From Candidatus Nanosyncoccaceae bacterium (lineage in GTDB: Bacteria; Patescibacteriota; Saccharimonadia; Saccharimonadales; Saccharimonadaceae), in assembly GCA_051891815.1 (NCBI GenBank), contig JBJFFO010000010.1, forward strand, positions 16,207 to 80,206: a stretch of 64,000 bases of DNA. The letters run 5' to 3'. This document shows positions 53,345 through 62,071 of this stretch, piece after piece. The notes beneath the pieces were generated by a model, which was not told where the DNA came from, did not search any database, and worked only from the letters and a program-made list of their open reading frames with translations. The translations under genes were made by a program, and so were the position numbers. Position 1 is the stretch's first letter, and each line of letters starts with the position of its first letter.

Positions 53345-53629
53345 ATGTCAAGATCTCTTAAGAAAGGGCCTTTTGTGGACTACAAACTTCAACGCAAGAT
53401 TGAAGCTCTCGCCACAGAGGATCGCACGATCATCAAGACTTGGGCACGCCAGTCCACCATCTCTCCAGAGATGGTCGGTCGCACTATCGCCGTCCACAAC
53501 GGTCGCGTCCACGTTCCAGTATTCGTTACTGAAAACATGGTTGGCCACAAGCTCGGCGAATTCGCCCCAACCCGTAAATTTAAACGCCACGGTGGTAAGA
53601 AAGCCGCCGAAGCAGCAAAGAGAGGTTAA
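53345..53629 (+). CDS. rpsS: 30S ribosomal protein S19
   Basis: [12 protein letters not shown]...IAVHNGR. Confidence 0.97.
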   Translation: MSRSLKKGPFVDYKLQRKIEALATEDRTIIKTWARQSTISPEMVGRTIAVHNGRVHVPVFVTENMVGHKLGEFAPTRKFKRHGGKKAAEAAKRG

Positions 53630-53632
53630 TCT

Positions 53633-54043
53633 ATGGCAAGCAAAACTGCACGCGCATATATCAAAGGCGTAGATAGTCAGCCACGCAAGGTTAGCATCGT
53701 TGCTGCCTTGGTCCGCGATCGTTATGTCAGCGACGCTGTAGTAATCCTTGAGAATACTCCACGCCGTGCTGCCAAAGCCGTTCGCAAAGCTATCGAATCC
53801 GCTACCGCAAATCTTATCAACAATGGCAACATTGATACCAAGACAATCTGCATCAACCGCATCTCGGTCACTGCCGGCACTCGCATGCGCCGTTACGTAC
53901 CAGCTAGCCGCGGTCGCGCATTGCCTTATGAGAAGATTTCATCCAACATCTTTGTCGAGGTCGTAGGCGAAGAGAAAGTCAAGAAAGCTGCTCCAAAAGC
54001 TGATGCTAAAAAAGCAGATAAGAAAGAAAAGGAGAGCAAGTAA
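53633..54043 (+). CDS. rplV: 50S ribosomal protein L22 (Lys-rich C-terminal tail)
   Basis: SQPRKVSIVAALVRDRYVSDAVVILENTPRRAAKAV. Confidence 0.95.
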   Translation: MASKTARAYIKGVDSQPRKVSIVAALVRDRYVSDAVVILENTPRRAAKAVRKAIESATANLINNGNIDTKTICINRISVTAGTRMRRYVPASRGRALPYEKISSNIFVEVVGEEKVKKAAPKADAKKADKKEKESK

Positions 54044-54669
54044 TGGGTCAGAAAGTTAACCCAGTTAGCTACCGCCTCCAAGTCAGCAAAGACTGGAGTA
54101 GCAAATGGTTCTCCCGCAAGAGCGATTTCAAGAATTGGCTCGTCGAAGACGTTAAAATTCGCGAAACCATCGAGAACCGTTTCAAGAGCCGCCCAACTAT
54201 CGATCGTATCGTAATTGAGCGTAGCCCAAATCTCACCACTATTACCATCCGTACCGCCAAAGCTGGTGCCGTGATCGGTAAGCAGGGTGCTGGTATCGCC
54301 GAAATCAAGAAAGATCTCGAAAAAGTTACCACCACGCCTCTTCGCATCAATGTCGAAGAAGTTAAGAAACCAGAACTCAGCGCCAAGCTCGTTGCCGAAA
54401 ACATCGGTTTTCAACTTGGTAAGCGTATGAACTTCCGCCGCGCCGTCAAGATGGCTTGCGCCTCTACGATGAACGCTGGCGCGAAAGGTATTCGCGTTGA
54501 GGTCGCTGGTCGTCTCAATGGCGCCGAAATGTCTCGCCGTGAGAAGTTTATTGAAGGTTCTGTACCTCTTCATACTCTCCGCGCTGACATCGACTTCTAC
54601 GTCGAGCACGCTCAAACGATTGCTGGTATCGTTGGTGTTAAAGTTTGGATCTATAAGGGGGAGAAATAA
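54043..54669 (+). CDS. rpsC: 30S ribosomal protein S3
   Basis: MGQKVNPVSYRLQVSKDW plus KH-domain sequence. Confidence 0.97.
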   Translation: MGQKVNPVSYRLQVSKDWSSKWFSRKSDFKNWLVEDVKIRETIENRFKSRPTIDRIVIERSPNLTTITIRTAKAGAVIGKQGAGIAEIKKDLEKVTTTPLRINVEEVKKPELSAKLVAENIGFQLGKRMNFRRAVKMACASTMNAGAKGIRVEVAGRLNGAEMSRREKFIEGSVPLHTLRADIDFYVEHAQTIAGIVGVKVWIYKGEK

Positions 54670-54672
54670 ATT

Positions 54673-55092
54673 ATGGCACTTAATCAACCACGCAAAGAAG
54701 CACACCGCAAGGTTCGCAAAGGTAAGAACCGCGGTACCGCTAGCCGCTGCAACACCGTCGCCTTTGGTGATTTCGGTCTTGTCAGCCTAGATAACGAGCG
54801 CGTAAACGGTCGTCAGATCGAAGCCGCTCGTCAGGCTATCACTCGTTACGTCAAACGTGGTGGTCAAATCTGGATCCGCATCTTCCCGCACATTCCTGTC
54901 ACCAAGAAGCCTCTTGATGTCAAGATGGGAAGCGGCAAAGGTGAACCACAATTCCACGTCGCTAAGGTGAAAGCCGGAACCGTGATGTTCGAGATCGCCG
55001 GTGTTACCGAAGCTCAAGCTCGTGAAGCTCTTCGCCTCGCTAGCCACAAGCTTCCAGTACGCTGCCGCATCATTAAGAAAGAGGAGCAATAA
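54673..55092 (+). CDS. rplP: 50S ribosomal protein L16
   Basis: [26 protein letters not shown]. Confidence 0.97.
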   Translation: MALNQPRKEAHRKVRKGKNRGTASRCNTVAFGDFGLVSLDNERVNGRQIEAARQAITRYVKRGGQIWIRIFPHIPVTKKPLDVKMGSGKGEPQFHVAKVKAGTVMFEIAGVTEAQAREALRLASHKLPVRCRIIKKEEQ

Positions 55093-55094
55093 TT

Positions 55095-55307
55095 ATGGCC
55101 AAGCAAGCAGATAAGAAGGCTGTCAAAGAAGCCGAAGTAGTAAGCAAGCTTCCACTTGAGCAGCAACTCCAGAACAAACGCGAAGAACTCTTGATTGCAA
55201 GGCAAGGCCTTGGCTCAACGCTTCAAAATCCGCATCACATCAATGCGCTTAAAAAGGAAATCGCAAGAATCCTTACGCAAATTAACGCCACGGAAGGAGA
55301 TAAGTAA
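55095..55307 (+). CDS. rpmC: 50S ribosomal protein L29
   Basis: 70 aa, helical. Position between rplP and rps[12 protein letters not shown]...[10 protein letters not shown]. Confidence 0.9.
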   Translation: MAKQADKKAVKEAEVVSKLPLEQQLQNKREELLIARQGLGSTLQNPHHINALKKEIARILTQINATEGDK

Positions 55308-55609
55308 TGGCACGCACACTGACTGGAGTAGTGTCTTCCGACAAGCGTGACAAGACGATCACCGTCATGATCACCTCTCGTGAAACGCATCCACTCTATC
55401 GTAAGCAGTTTACTATTACGCGCAAATACACTGCTCATGATGCTAATAATGAAGCTCATGAAGGCGACACTGTAATGATCGCCGAATCGCGCCCAATCAG
55501 CAAGACCAAGACCTGGACTCTCGTTAAGATTATCGAAAAGTCTCATGGCAAGGTTGAGCTTAAAGAAGACGTTGTCGAGGTCGAAGACGACGCTAAAGAG
55601 GAGAAATAA
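55307..55609 (+). CDS. rpsQ: 30S ribosomal protein S17 (acidic C-terminal tail)
   Basis: [18 protein letters not shown]...[28 protein letters not shown]. Confidence 0.95.
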   Translation: MARTLTGVVSSDKRDKTITVMITSRETHPLYRKQFTITRKYTAHDANNEAHEGDTVMIAESRPISKTKTWTLVKIIEKSHGKVELKEDVVEVEDDAKEEK

Positions 55610-55612
55610 CAA

Positions 55613-55981
55613 ATGATTCAACAAGAAACACGTTTGAAAGTTGCCGACAACAGTGGCGCCAAGGAACTTGGTGTTATCCGTGTCCTCGGTGGCACACGTG
55701 CTCGTTACGCTCACGTTGGCGACATTGTCACCTGCAGCGTAAAAGAAGCATCGCCAACCGGCAACGTTAAGAAAAAAGCCGTTGTTCGTGCTGTTATCGT
55801 TCGCACTCGCCAGCAAATTCGCCGTCCAGATGGGTCTACTATCCGCTTCGACGACAATGCTGCCGTACTCGTAAACGACGACAAGACTCCAAAAGGCACT
55901 CGTGTCTTTGGTCCAGTCCCACGCGAACTTCGCGACCTTGGTTTCTCCAAGATCATTAGCCTTGCGCCGGAGGTACTATAA
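55613..55981 (+). CDS. rplN: 50S ribosomal protein L14
   Basis: [18 protein letters not shown]. Confidence 0.98.
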   Translation: MIQQETRLKVADNSGAKELGVIRVLGGTRARYAHVGDIVTCSVKEASPTGNVKKKAVVRAVIVRTRQQIRRPDGSTIRFDDNAAVLVNDDKTPKGTRVFGPVPRELRDLGFSKIISLAPEVL

Positions 55982-55982
55982 T

Positions 55983-56303
55983 ATGGGTATTCGCATTAAA
56001 ACTGGCGACCTCGTAAAAGTTATCGCCGGACAAGACAAAGGCAAGACCGGTAAAGTTACTAAAGTTTTGCCAGCTAAAAATCTCGTCTTCGTAGAAGGCC
56101 TCGGCGTCCGTGAGCGTCACATGCGTCCAAGCATGTATCGCCAGGGCGGTAAAAAGGAAATCCAAGTTGGTATCGAAGCAAGCAAAGTTGCTGTAATTGT
56201 AGATGAAAAAGCTGGTACCACCAGCCGCATCGGTTACAGCAAAGACAAAGATGGCAAGACCATCCGCGTCGCTCGCCAAGCTAATAACAAGGAGATCAAG
56301 TAA
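55983..56303 (+). CDS. rplX: 50S ribosomal protein L24
   Basis: Start at MGIRIKTGDLVKVIAGQDKGKTGKV (KOW motif). The longer ORF from 55902 overlaps rplN. Confidence 0.95.
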   Translation: MGIRIKTGDLVKVIAGQDKGKTGKVTKVLPAKNLVFVEGLGVRERHMRPSMYRQGGKKEIQVGIEASKVAVIVDEKAGTTSRIGYSKDKDGKTIRVARQANNKEIK

Positions 56304-56875
56304 TGGCCGAAGCAAAATACGAAGCAAGGCTTAAGACTCTTTACGATAAAGAGATTCGCAAAGCTCTCAAAGAAGAGCTTGGCCTCGCCAATATCAACCA
56401 AGTACCAAAACTAGAGAAGGTTATCGTCTCCTCTGGTACCGGTAAAAAACGCGAAGATAAGCGCTACACCGAAACCGTCGCTCTTACCCTTAGCAAGATT
56501 ACCGGTCAGGCCGTTACTAGCCGTTTGGCCAAGAAGTCTATCGCACAGTTTAAGATCCGCAAAGGTATGGGCGCTCCAGTTGGCTACCTTACTACTCTTC
56601 GCGGTGACAAAATGTACGAATTCACCGATCGTCTCGTTAATATCGTTTTGCCACACGTTCGTGACTTCCACGGCGTTCCTCGCAAATCGTTTGACGCAAA
56701 TGGCAACTATAGCCTAGGTCTCAAAGAGCAGACCGTTTTCCCAGAAATCAGCTTTGAAGACTCTGCTGTTCTCCACGGTATCGAAATTACTTTCGTTATC
56801 AAGAATGGTAGCAAAGAAGCTTCAACTAAATTACTAGAGAAATTCGGCATGCCGTTTGAAAAGGAGAATAAATAA
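56303..56875 (+). CDS. rplE: 50S ribosomal protein L5
   Basis: [34 protein letters not shown]. Confidence 0.97.
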   Translation: MAEAKYEARLKTLYDKEIRKALKEELGLANINQVPKLEKVIVSSGTGKKREDKRYTETVALTLSKITGQAVTSRLAKKSIAQFKIRKGMGAPVGYLTTLRGDKMYEFTDRLVNIVLPHVRDFHGVPRKSFDANGNYSLGLKEQTVFPEISFEDSAVLHGIEITFVIKNGSKEASTKLLEKFGMPFEKENK

Positions 56876-56876
56876 T

Positions 56877-57146
56877 ATGGCAAAGAAAAGTGCTGTACTC
56901 CGCGACGAAAAGCGCCAAAAAATGTACGACAAATACAAAGCTAAGCGCGAAGAGCTCAAGGCTGCTGGCGACCTCGAAGGTCTCCAAAAGTTGCCACGCA
57001 ACTCCAGCCCGACTCGTCTCAAAAACCGCGACATGCTCGACGGTCGCCCACGTGGCTACATGCGCCGCTTCGGTTTGTCTCGCATTAACTTCCGCGAAAA
57101 AGCAAGCAAGGGTGAAATCCCTGGTGTTACCAAGAGCAGTTGGTAG
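56877..57146 (+). CDS. rpsN: 30S ribosomal protein S14 (long, non-zinc type)
   Basis: Start at [16 protein letters not shown]-terminal [27 protein letters not shown]. No CxxC pairs. Confidence 0.93.
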   Translation: MAKKSAVLRDEKRQKMYDKYKAKREELKAAGDLEGLQKLPRNSSPTRLKNRDMLDGRPRGYMRRFGLSRINFREKASKGEIPGVTKSSW

Positions 57147-57164
57147 GAAAGGATAAGGAAAGAT

Positions 57165-57566
57165 ATGTCTATTCAAACTAGCGATCCTGTAGCCGATCTC
57201 ATCACGCGCATTCGCAACGCAATCGCAGTCGGCAAGACCGAAATCCGCGTTCCAACCAGCAAGCTAAAATTTGCTGTCGCCGAGAAGCTACAGAAAATCA
57301 ACTACATCGAAAAAGCTGAACTTGAAAAAGCTGAGCCACGCGAAATCCTTCACATTGTCATCAATAACGAAGGCGAAAATGCTCGCATCAACGAGATCAC
57401 CAAGGTTTCTAAGCCTGGTCGTCGCGTCTATGCAAGCGTTGAGGAAATCCCTCGCGTCAAATCTGGTCGTGGTACCGTGCTCATTTCTACGAGCAAAGGC
57501 ATCATGACTGGCCAAGAAGCTCTCAAGAACAAGCTTGGTGGCGAAGTTCTCGTCAAGGTCTGGTAA
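57165..57566 (+). CDS. rpsH: 30S ribosomal protein S8
   Basis: DPVADLITRIRNA...TSKGIMTGQEA. Confidence 0.97.
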   Translation: MSIQTSDPVADLITRIRNAIAVGKTEIRVPTSKLKFAVAEKLQKINYIEKAELEKAEPREILHIVINNEGENARINEITKVSKPGRRVYASVEEIPRVKSGRGTVLISTSKGIMTGQEALKNKLGGEVLVKVW

Positions 57567-57584
57567 TCTAGACTAGATGTTCTA

Positions 57585-57618
57585 AAAGCACTCTCTGTTA
57601 AAGCGGAGAGTGCTTTTT
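57585..57618 (+). terminator. rho-independent terminator after rpsH
   Basis: aaagcactctctg-ttaaag-cggagagtgcttt followed by TT. Confidence 0.7.
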
Positions 57619-57685
57619 GTGGAATTATGGTATAGTTATAGAGTAGCAACACCGCTACGCACATTAATGAAAGGGGGTATCTCTT

Positions 57686-58555
57686 ATGAGAGATTCCAAA
57701 GTATCCGCTATTTCAGTAGGAATCATTATCGCCCACTACGCTGGCAGACTCGAGCAAAAGCTTGACGAGTTCTGTTTTGGGAAAGACAAGGATATGATTG
57801 CGCCCGTTTTTGACGAGATTATCGACGAGCAGCTCGCGCATGGTCACGTAAGTGAGTCAAAGAGTATCATCAAAAACTGTCTTTCGTATCTTAAGGCACA
57901 TGGTTTTAACGAAGAAAAATGCAAGGTTCTTCGCGATATGAAGCACGCCGACATTGTGTTTATTGACGTGCTTAATATGAGTGACGAAAAGGAGCAAGAG
58001 GCGCTCATTTGCGGCATGAAAGCCGACAAATTCAACAACGTCATTCGCGCGCTCTATAAGTCACAGTATGCTTGTCGCGCCGAATCAGCATTGCACGAAA
58101 CTGGTAAATCTGTTTACGATCTCGAGCGTGACCAGATTGCGCCTATTGTCAGCATCTTTAATGCCTGTAAAAATGGTATCTCGACTTACGTCGTTGACGG
58201 TCTTATGCTTGCCGACCTCTTTACGCAGTATCTTCGCCTCGAGATTGTTCGCCCGGAGCTTGCTTTTAAGCAATTTTTCTGGAACCACGACCTTCGCCAG
58301 CCGCTCAAATCCGACACGCAGATTATTGAGCGTGTGCCAAGTCGCGTTCTCGTCTGTGCAATTACTCAGATGAAGAACTACAGCGATCAAGGTCTCTGGC
58401 TTAGTTTCTGCACCTCTGGTGTCTGGCATTCATATATCGAGTGGCTTACTAACAATCGCAAGGCCGAATGCTATTCAATCGCTGAGCAGGTTGCTTTGGC
58501 TGCCAAAAACGACGAGCTTGTGCACGTACTCCAATCAAAGTTTAGCGATCATTAA
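57686..58555 (+). CDS. hypothetical protein (first gene of the insertion between rpsH and rplF)
   Basis: 289 aa. RBS AAGGGGG. No motif recognised. Confidence 0.65.
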   Translation: MRDSKVSAISVGIIIAHYAGRLEQKLDEFCFGKDKDMIAPVFDEIIDEQLAHGHVSESKSIIKNCLSYLKAHGFNEEKCKVLRDMKHADIVFIDVLNMSDEKEQEALICGMKADKFNNVIRALYKSQYACRAESALHETGKSVYDLERDQIAPIVSIFNACKNGISTYVVDGLMLADLFTQYLRLEIVRPELAFKQFFWNHDLRQPLKSDTQIIERVPSRVLVCAITQMKNYSDQGLWLSFCTSGVWHSYIEWLTNNRKAECYSIAEQVALAAKNDELVHVLQSKFSDH

Positions 58556-58571
58556 TCGCGAGACTGGTCTT

Positions 58572-58599
58572 GCCCGCAGGGAAACCTGTGGGCCTTTTT
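58572..58599 (+). terminator. rho-independent terminator
   Basis: gcccgcagg-gaaa-cctgtgggc followed by CTTTTT. Confidence 0.7.
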
Positions 58600-58601
58600 C
58601 T

Positions 58602-58630
58602 TTGCAAGATGTGTAAAATGATGTTAATAT
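58602..58630 (+). promoter_or_regulatory. promoter TTGCAA-17-TAATAT
   Basis: ttgcaagatgtgtaaaatgatgttaatat. Confidence 0.45.
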
Positions 58631-58667
58631 ATACGGAATTATCTAAAATCAGAAAGGAGATGCTGCG

Positions 58668-59228
58668 ATGCCAATCAATCATGGTCGCCCAACTAGCAAA
58701 ACTAATGTTGTGACCGGCACACCCCGCGAAGACCGCGAGCTAGCCGTCTATGATCTGCTCGACAAGCTAAATGTCGAGTACGACCAGATTGATCATCTGC
58801 CCGCCAACACTATGGAGGCTTGCCTTGATGTCGAGAAAAGCCTCGGCGTCTCCATCTGCAAGAATCTTTTCTTAACAAATCGTCAACAAACCGACTTTTA
58901 TCTCCTTCTAACCCCAGGCGATAAAGTCTTTAAGACAAAATTCTTGTCTAAAGAACTTGGAATTGCGCGCCTATCTTTCGCAAATGCTGATCAAATGATG
59001 CAATACCTTAATGTCATGCCAGGTGCCGTCACGGTTTTTGGTCTTATGAACGATAAGGCGCAGAAAGTGCAACTCGTGATAGACGAAGATGTATTAACGG
59101 ACGAATATCTCGGCGCACACCCTTGCGTCTATACTGCCTGCACTAAAATCAAAACCAAAGATTTGCTCGAGAAAATCATCCCAGCAATAAAGCATGAGGC
59201 GAAAATTATCCATCTTGAGACCGATTAG
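58668..59228 (+). CDS. YbaK/ProX-type aminoacyl-tRNA editing (deacylase) domain protein
   Basis: 186 aa. CKNLFLTNRQQTDFYLLLTPGDKVFKTKFLSKELG...MPGAVTVFGL...LGAHPCVYTAC resembles prolyl-tRNA-synthetase-associated editing domains. Confidence 0.7.
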   Translation: MPINHGRPTSKTNVVTGTPREDRELAVYDLLDKLNVEYDQIDHLPANTMEACLDVEKSLGVSICKNLFLTNRQQTDFYLLLTPGDKVFKTKFLSKELGIARLSFANADQMMQYLNVMPGAVTVFGLMNDKAQKVQLVIDEDVLTDEYLGAHPCVYTACTKIKTKDLLEKIIPAIKHEAKIIHLETD

Positions 59229-59229
59229 C

Positions 59230-59261
59230 TTGACATTTATGCTTATCTGTGCTATAATAGA
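59230..59261 (+). promoter_or_regulatory. consensus promoter, near-identical copy of 13248-13279
   Basis: ttgacatttatgcttatctgtgctataataga. Confidence 0.65.
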
Positions 59262-59305
59262 GTGATAGCCGTGTTGTCGGCCGTACTTTCATAGGAGGTG
59301 AGCAT

Positions 59306-59788
59306 GTGAAAACATATTCAGAAAAGAGTTCATTGATCTGCGCTCAGGACATCGCAATATTTCGAATGATTGAGCAGCTAATCGACAAATTCGACGACAG
59401 TAACCTAAAGCTATCTCAAAACGAGGACGGATCTCCGCGAGATCTCAGCTGTCATATGCTGACGCAGGCTCTTGCGCGCATGTCGATGTGTGAAGAACTC
59501 CGCGCCTGCAGTGGCTATTATCTTCCGGGCTATGAGCATTCGTGGCTAGTATCAAAACACGGCTACAGTATCATAGATCCTTATCCCTGGGCCTGTCTTG
59601 GTGGCGCCATTCTGGTTGATCGACGCGTTGCGCATGCACGCATTGAGCCCAATCGTCCGGGAGGATTTTCTGGAATCTATCTCGAAAATAGTGAAGTTCT
59701 GAGTGATGTTATTACTCGCAATGTCAATTTCTGGTCCGATGTTGCAAAAGTTCAAGCTAGTCTTGAGCAAGTCTCCGCCAATCTATAA
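59306..59788 (+). CDS. hypothetical protein with possible Cys-His-Asp arrangement
   Basis: 160 aa, GTG start 7 nt after AGGAGG. SCHMLTQAL ... GYEHSWLV ... SIIDPYPW occur in papain/transglutaminase-like order. This is speculative. Confidence 0.6.
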   Translation: MKTYSEKSSLICAQDIAIFRMIEQLIDKFDDSNLKLSQNEDGSPRDLSCHMLTQALARMSMCEELRACSGYYLPGYEHSWLVSKHGYSIIDPYPWACLGGAILVDRRVAHARIEPNRPGGFSGIYLENSEVLSDVITRNVNFWSDVAKVQASLEQVSANL

Positions 59789-59807
59789 AATTCAAGCCAT
59801 TCGGCTA

Positions 59808-59831
59808 CCTCCGCATTCCGCGGAGGTTTTT
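59808..59831 (+). terminator. rho-independent terminator
   Basis: cctccgc-attcc-gcggagg followed by TTTTT. Confidence 0.7.
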
Positions 59832-59945
59832 CATGCTAGAATATAAAGCATGAACGGTATTGAAAGAATGCAATCCGACCCTTCTGCAATAGCTTTAATG
59901 TTGCTGGCGTAACTGGTCAAAACCTTGAGTTTAAGGCTTAAGTAC

Positions 59946-59974
59946 TTGTATTTTGGGACATTTTGTGCTAAAAT
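59946..59974 (+). promoter_or_regulatory. promoter TTGTAT-17-TAAAAT with TGn for rplF-rplO
   Basis: ttgtattttgggacattttgtgctaaaat. Confidence 0.45.
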
Positions 59975-60006
59975 AGCGAAGATATTAATAATTTAAGAGG
60001 AACGCA

Positions 60007-60543
60007 ATGAGTCGTATCGGAAAACTACCTGTGGAGATTCCTGCAGGCGTGACAATTACGGTCGGCGACAAGGAAATTACTGTCGCTGGTCCAAAAGGCA
60101 CGCTTCAGGTTCCTGTTCAGGAAAATACCAAGACTACGGTCGAAGGTAATCAAGCTATTGTTACGCGTAGCGATGACGAACCAAAGTCCCGTGCATGGCA
60201 CGGTTTGCAACGCGCACTACTAAACAACGCCGTCGAAGGTGTGACTAAAGGTTTCGAGAAAAAGCTCGAGATCAACGGTGTTGGTTTCCGCCTAAATGGC
60301 GGTGGTCGCAATATCGAAATGGCCCTCGGTTTTTCGCATCCAGTGAAATACGAAGCGCCAGAAGGTATCGACCTCAAAGTTGATAAGATGACCATCACGG
60401 TCGTCGGTATCGACAAACAAAAAGTCGGCCAAGTTGCCGCCGAAATCCGCAGCCTCAAGAAGCCAGAACCATATAAGGGTAAAGGTATCAAGTACGCTGA
60501 CGAAGTTATTATTCGCAAAGCCGGTAAGGCAGGAAAGAAATAA
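60007..60543 (+). CDS. rplF: 50S ribosomal protein L6
   Basis: MSRIGKLPVEIPAGVTITV. Confidence 0.97.
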   Translation: MSRIGKLPVEIPAGVTITVGDKEITVAGPKGTLQVPVQENTKTTVEGNQAIVTRSDDEPKSRAWHGLQRALLNNAVEGVTKGFEKKLEINGVGFRLNGGGRNIEMALGFSHPVKYEAPEGIDLKVDKMTITVVGIDKQKVGQVAAEIRSLKKPEPYKGKGIKYADEVIIRKAGKAGKK

Positions 60544-60546
60544 ACC

Positions 60547-60876
60547 ATGAAAGCAGAATTTAGAAAGAATCGCACCCGTGCAAAGATTCATGGTACTGCT
60601 GAACGTCCACGTCTTAGCGTTAATATCAGCAACAACCACGTTATTGCACAACTTATTGACGACGATAAAGGCGTAACTATCGCTTACGCAACTACCGTCG
60701 GCAGCAAGCAAAAGGGTAGCAAGAAAGAACTCGCAGCCTACGTTGGCAGCGAAATCGCCAAAAAAGCTAAAAAGGCCAAGATCGAAAAAGCTGTTTTCGA
60801 TCGTGGTGCTCGCCTCTACGCTGGTCGCATGAGCGCTCTCGCTGATGCCGCACGTGAGGGAGGATTGGAGTTCTAA
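60547..60876 (+). CDS. rplR: 50S ribosomal protein L18
   Basis: RTRAKIHGTAERPRLSVNISNNHVIAQLIDD. Confidence 0.96.
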   Translation: MKAEFRKNRTRAKIHGTAERPRLSVNISNNHVIAQLIDDDKGVTIAYATTVGSKQKGSKKELAAYVGSEIAKKAKKAKIEKAVFDRGARLYAGRMSALADAAREGGLEF

Positions 60877-60877
60877 T

Positions 60878-61504
60878 ATGGATAATAAGCAACCAAAAGT
60901 TATTAACAAGTCTGGTACCACCAAACTTACCGACGAAGCCGCAGCTGCACGCGAAAATCGTGCTCAGCGCGAATTCCGCGGCCGCCGTCGCGACAACCGC
61001 CGCAACCGCCGTGCCGCCGAAGAAGGTAAGAAGGAATTTGATACCGTAAACATCTCAATCAACCGCGTTTCTCGCACCGTCGCTGGTGGTCGCCGTATGC
61101 GCTTCCAGGCACTCGTTGCAGTCGGTGACCATAAGAATCGCATCGGTGTTGGCCTTGCCAAGGGTTCTGATGTTACTTCCGCCGTTCAAAAAGCCGAACG
61201 CCGCGCCAAGAAAAATATGATTACCATCAACATGAATGGCGAAACTATCTGCCACGAAGTTGAAACCAAAGTCACTGGCGCTCACGTTCTCATGAAACCA
61301 GCTGCTCCAGGTACTGGTATTATCGCTGGTGGCGTCGTCCGTTCTATTATCGGTCTTACCGGTATCAAGAACCTCATCAGCAAATCTCTCGGTTCGACCA
61401 ATAAAGCAAACATTGCCTATGCCGTAATCGAAGGTCTCCGCCAACAAGTTCCAAAGAACGAGTGGCACAGCAGCAAAAAAGCCGCCGCTAAGGAGGATAA
61501 ATAA
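60878..61504 (+). CDS. rpsE: 30S ribosomal protein S5 with ~50-aa Arg-rich N-terminal extension
   Basis: Start at MDNKQPKV. Core sequence RVSRTVAGGRRMRFQALVAVGDHKNRIGVGLAKG. Confidence 0.95.
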   Translation: MDNKQPKVINKSGTTKLTDEAAAARENRAQREFRGRRRDNRRNRRAAEEGKKEFDTVNISINRVSRTVAGGRRMRFQALVAVGDHKNRIGVGLAKGSDVTSAVQKAERRAKKNMITINMNGETICHEVETKVTGAHVLMKPAAPGTGIIAGGVVRSIIGLTGIKNLISKSLGSTNKANIAYAVIEGLRQQVPKNEWHSSKKAAAKEDK

Positions 61505-61969
61505 ATGAAATACAACGAATTAAGCGTTTCCAAGAATCAATCTCGTAAACGCGTTGGTCGCGGTATCTCCGCTGGTCAGGGTAAAACTGCCGGCCGTGGT
61601 ACTAAGGGTCAAAAGTCCCGTACCGGCCACAGCAAGATGCCAGCAGGATTCATGGGTGGTCAGCGTGCTATCATGCAAGCCATTCCAAAGCTCAAGGGCT
61701 TCAAGTCTATCCATGACAAAGCTCAGGTCGTCTACACCGACAACCTCAACGAGCTTTCCGGCAAAGTCGACAACTTTATCCTTGCTGACGCTAACTTGAT
61801 TGAAAATCCATACGCCAAGGTAAAAGTTATTACCCGCGGCGAAGTCACTGCCAAGATCGAGCTTGAGACTCAATTCGCAAGCAAGACCGCAGTCGAGGCA
61901 ATCAAGAAAGCTGGTGGCTCCTTCAAGAAAGTAGCCGTTCCTGCTCGCCAAAAAGCAAACAAAGACTAA
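61505..61969 (+). CDS. rplO: 50S ribosomal protein L15
   Basis: GRGISAGQGKTAGRGTKGQKSRTG. Its ATG directly follows the rpsE stop, so there is no room for rpmD. Confidence 0.96.
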   Translation: MKYNELSVSKNQSRKRVGRGISAGQGKTAGRGTKGQKSRTGHSKMPAGFMGGQRAIMQAIPKLKGFKSIHDKAQVVYTDNLNELSGKVDNFILADANLIENPYAKVKVITRGEVTAKIELETQFASKTAVEAIKKAGGSFKKVAVPARQKANKD

Positions 61970-61982
61970 TACGTCCAAAAAG

Positions 61983-62006
61983 CCATCACGAAAGTGGTGG
62001 TTTTTT
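61983..62006 (+). terminator. rho-independent terminator after rplO
   Basis: ccatcac-gaaa-gtggtgg followed by TTTTTT. Confidence 0.65.
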
Positions 62007-62071
62007 GTATCTTTAAGTGCATATCTGTTCCTTTTATGTTATGATAAAATAAGTAACAAACAAGAGGTAAC

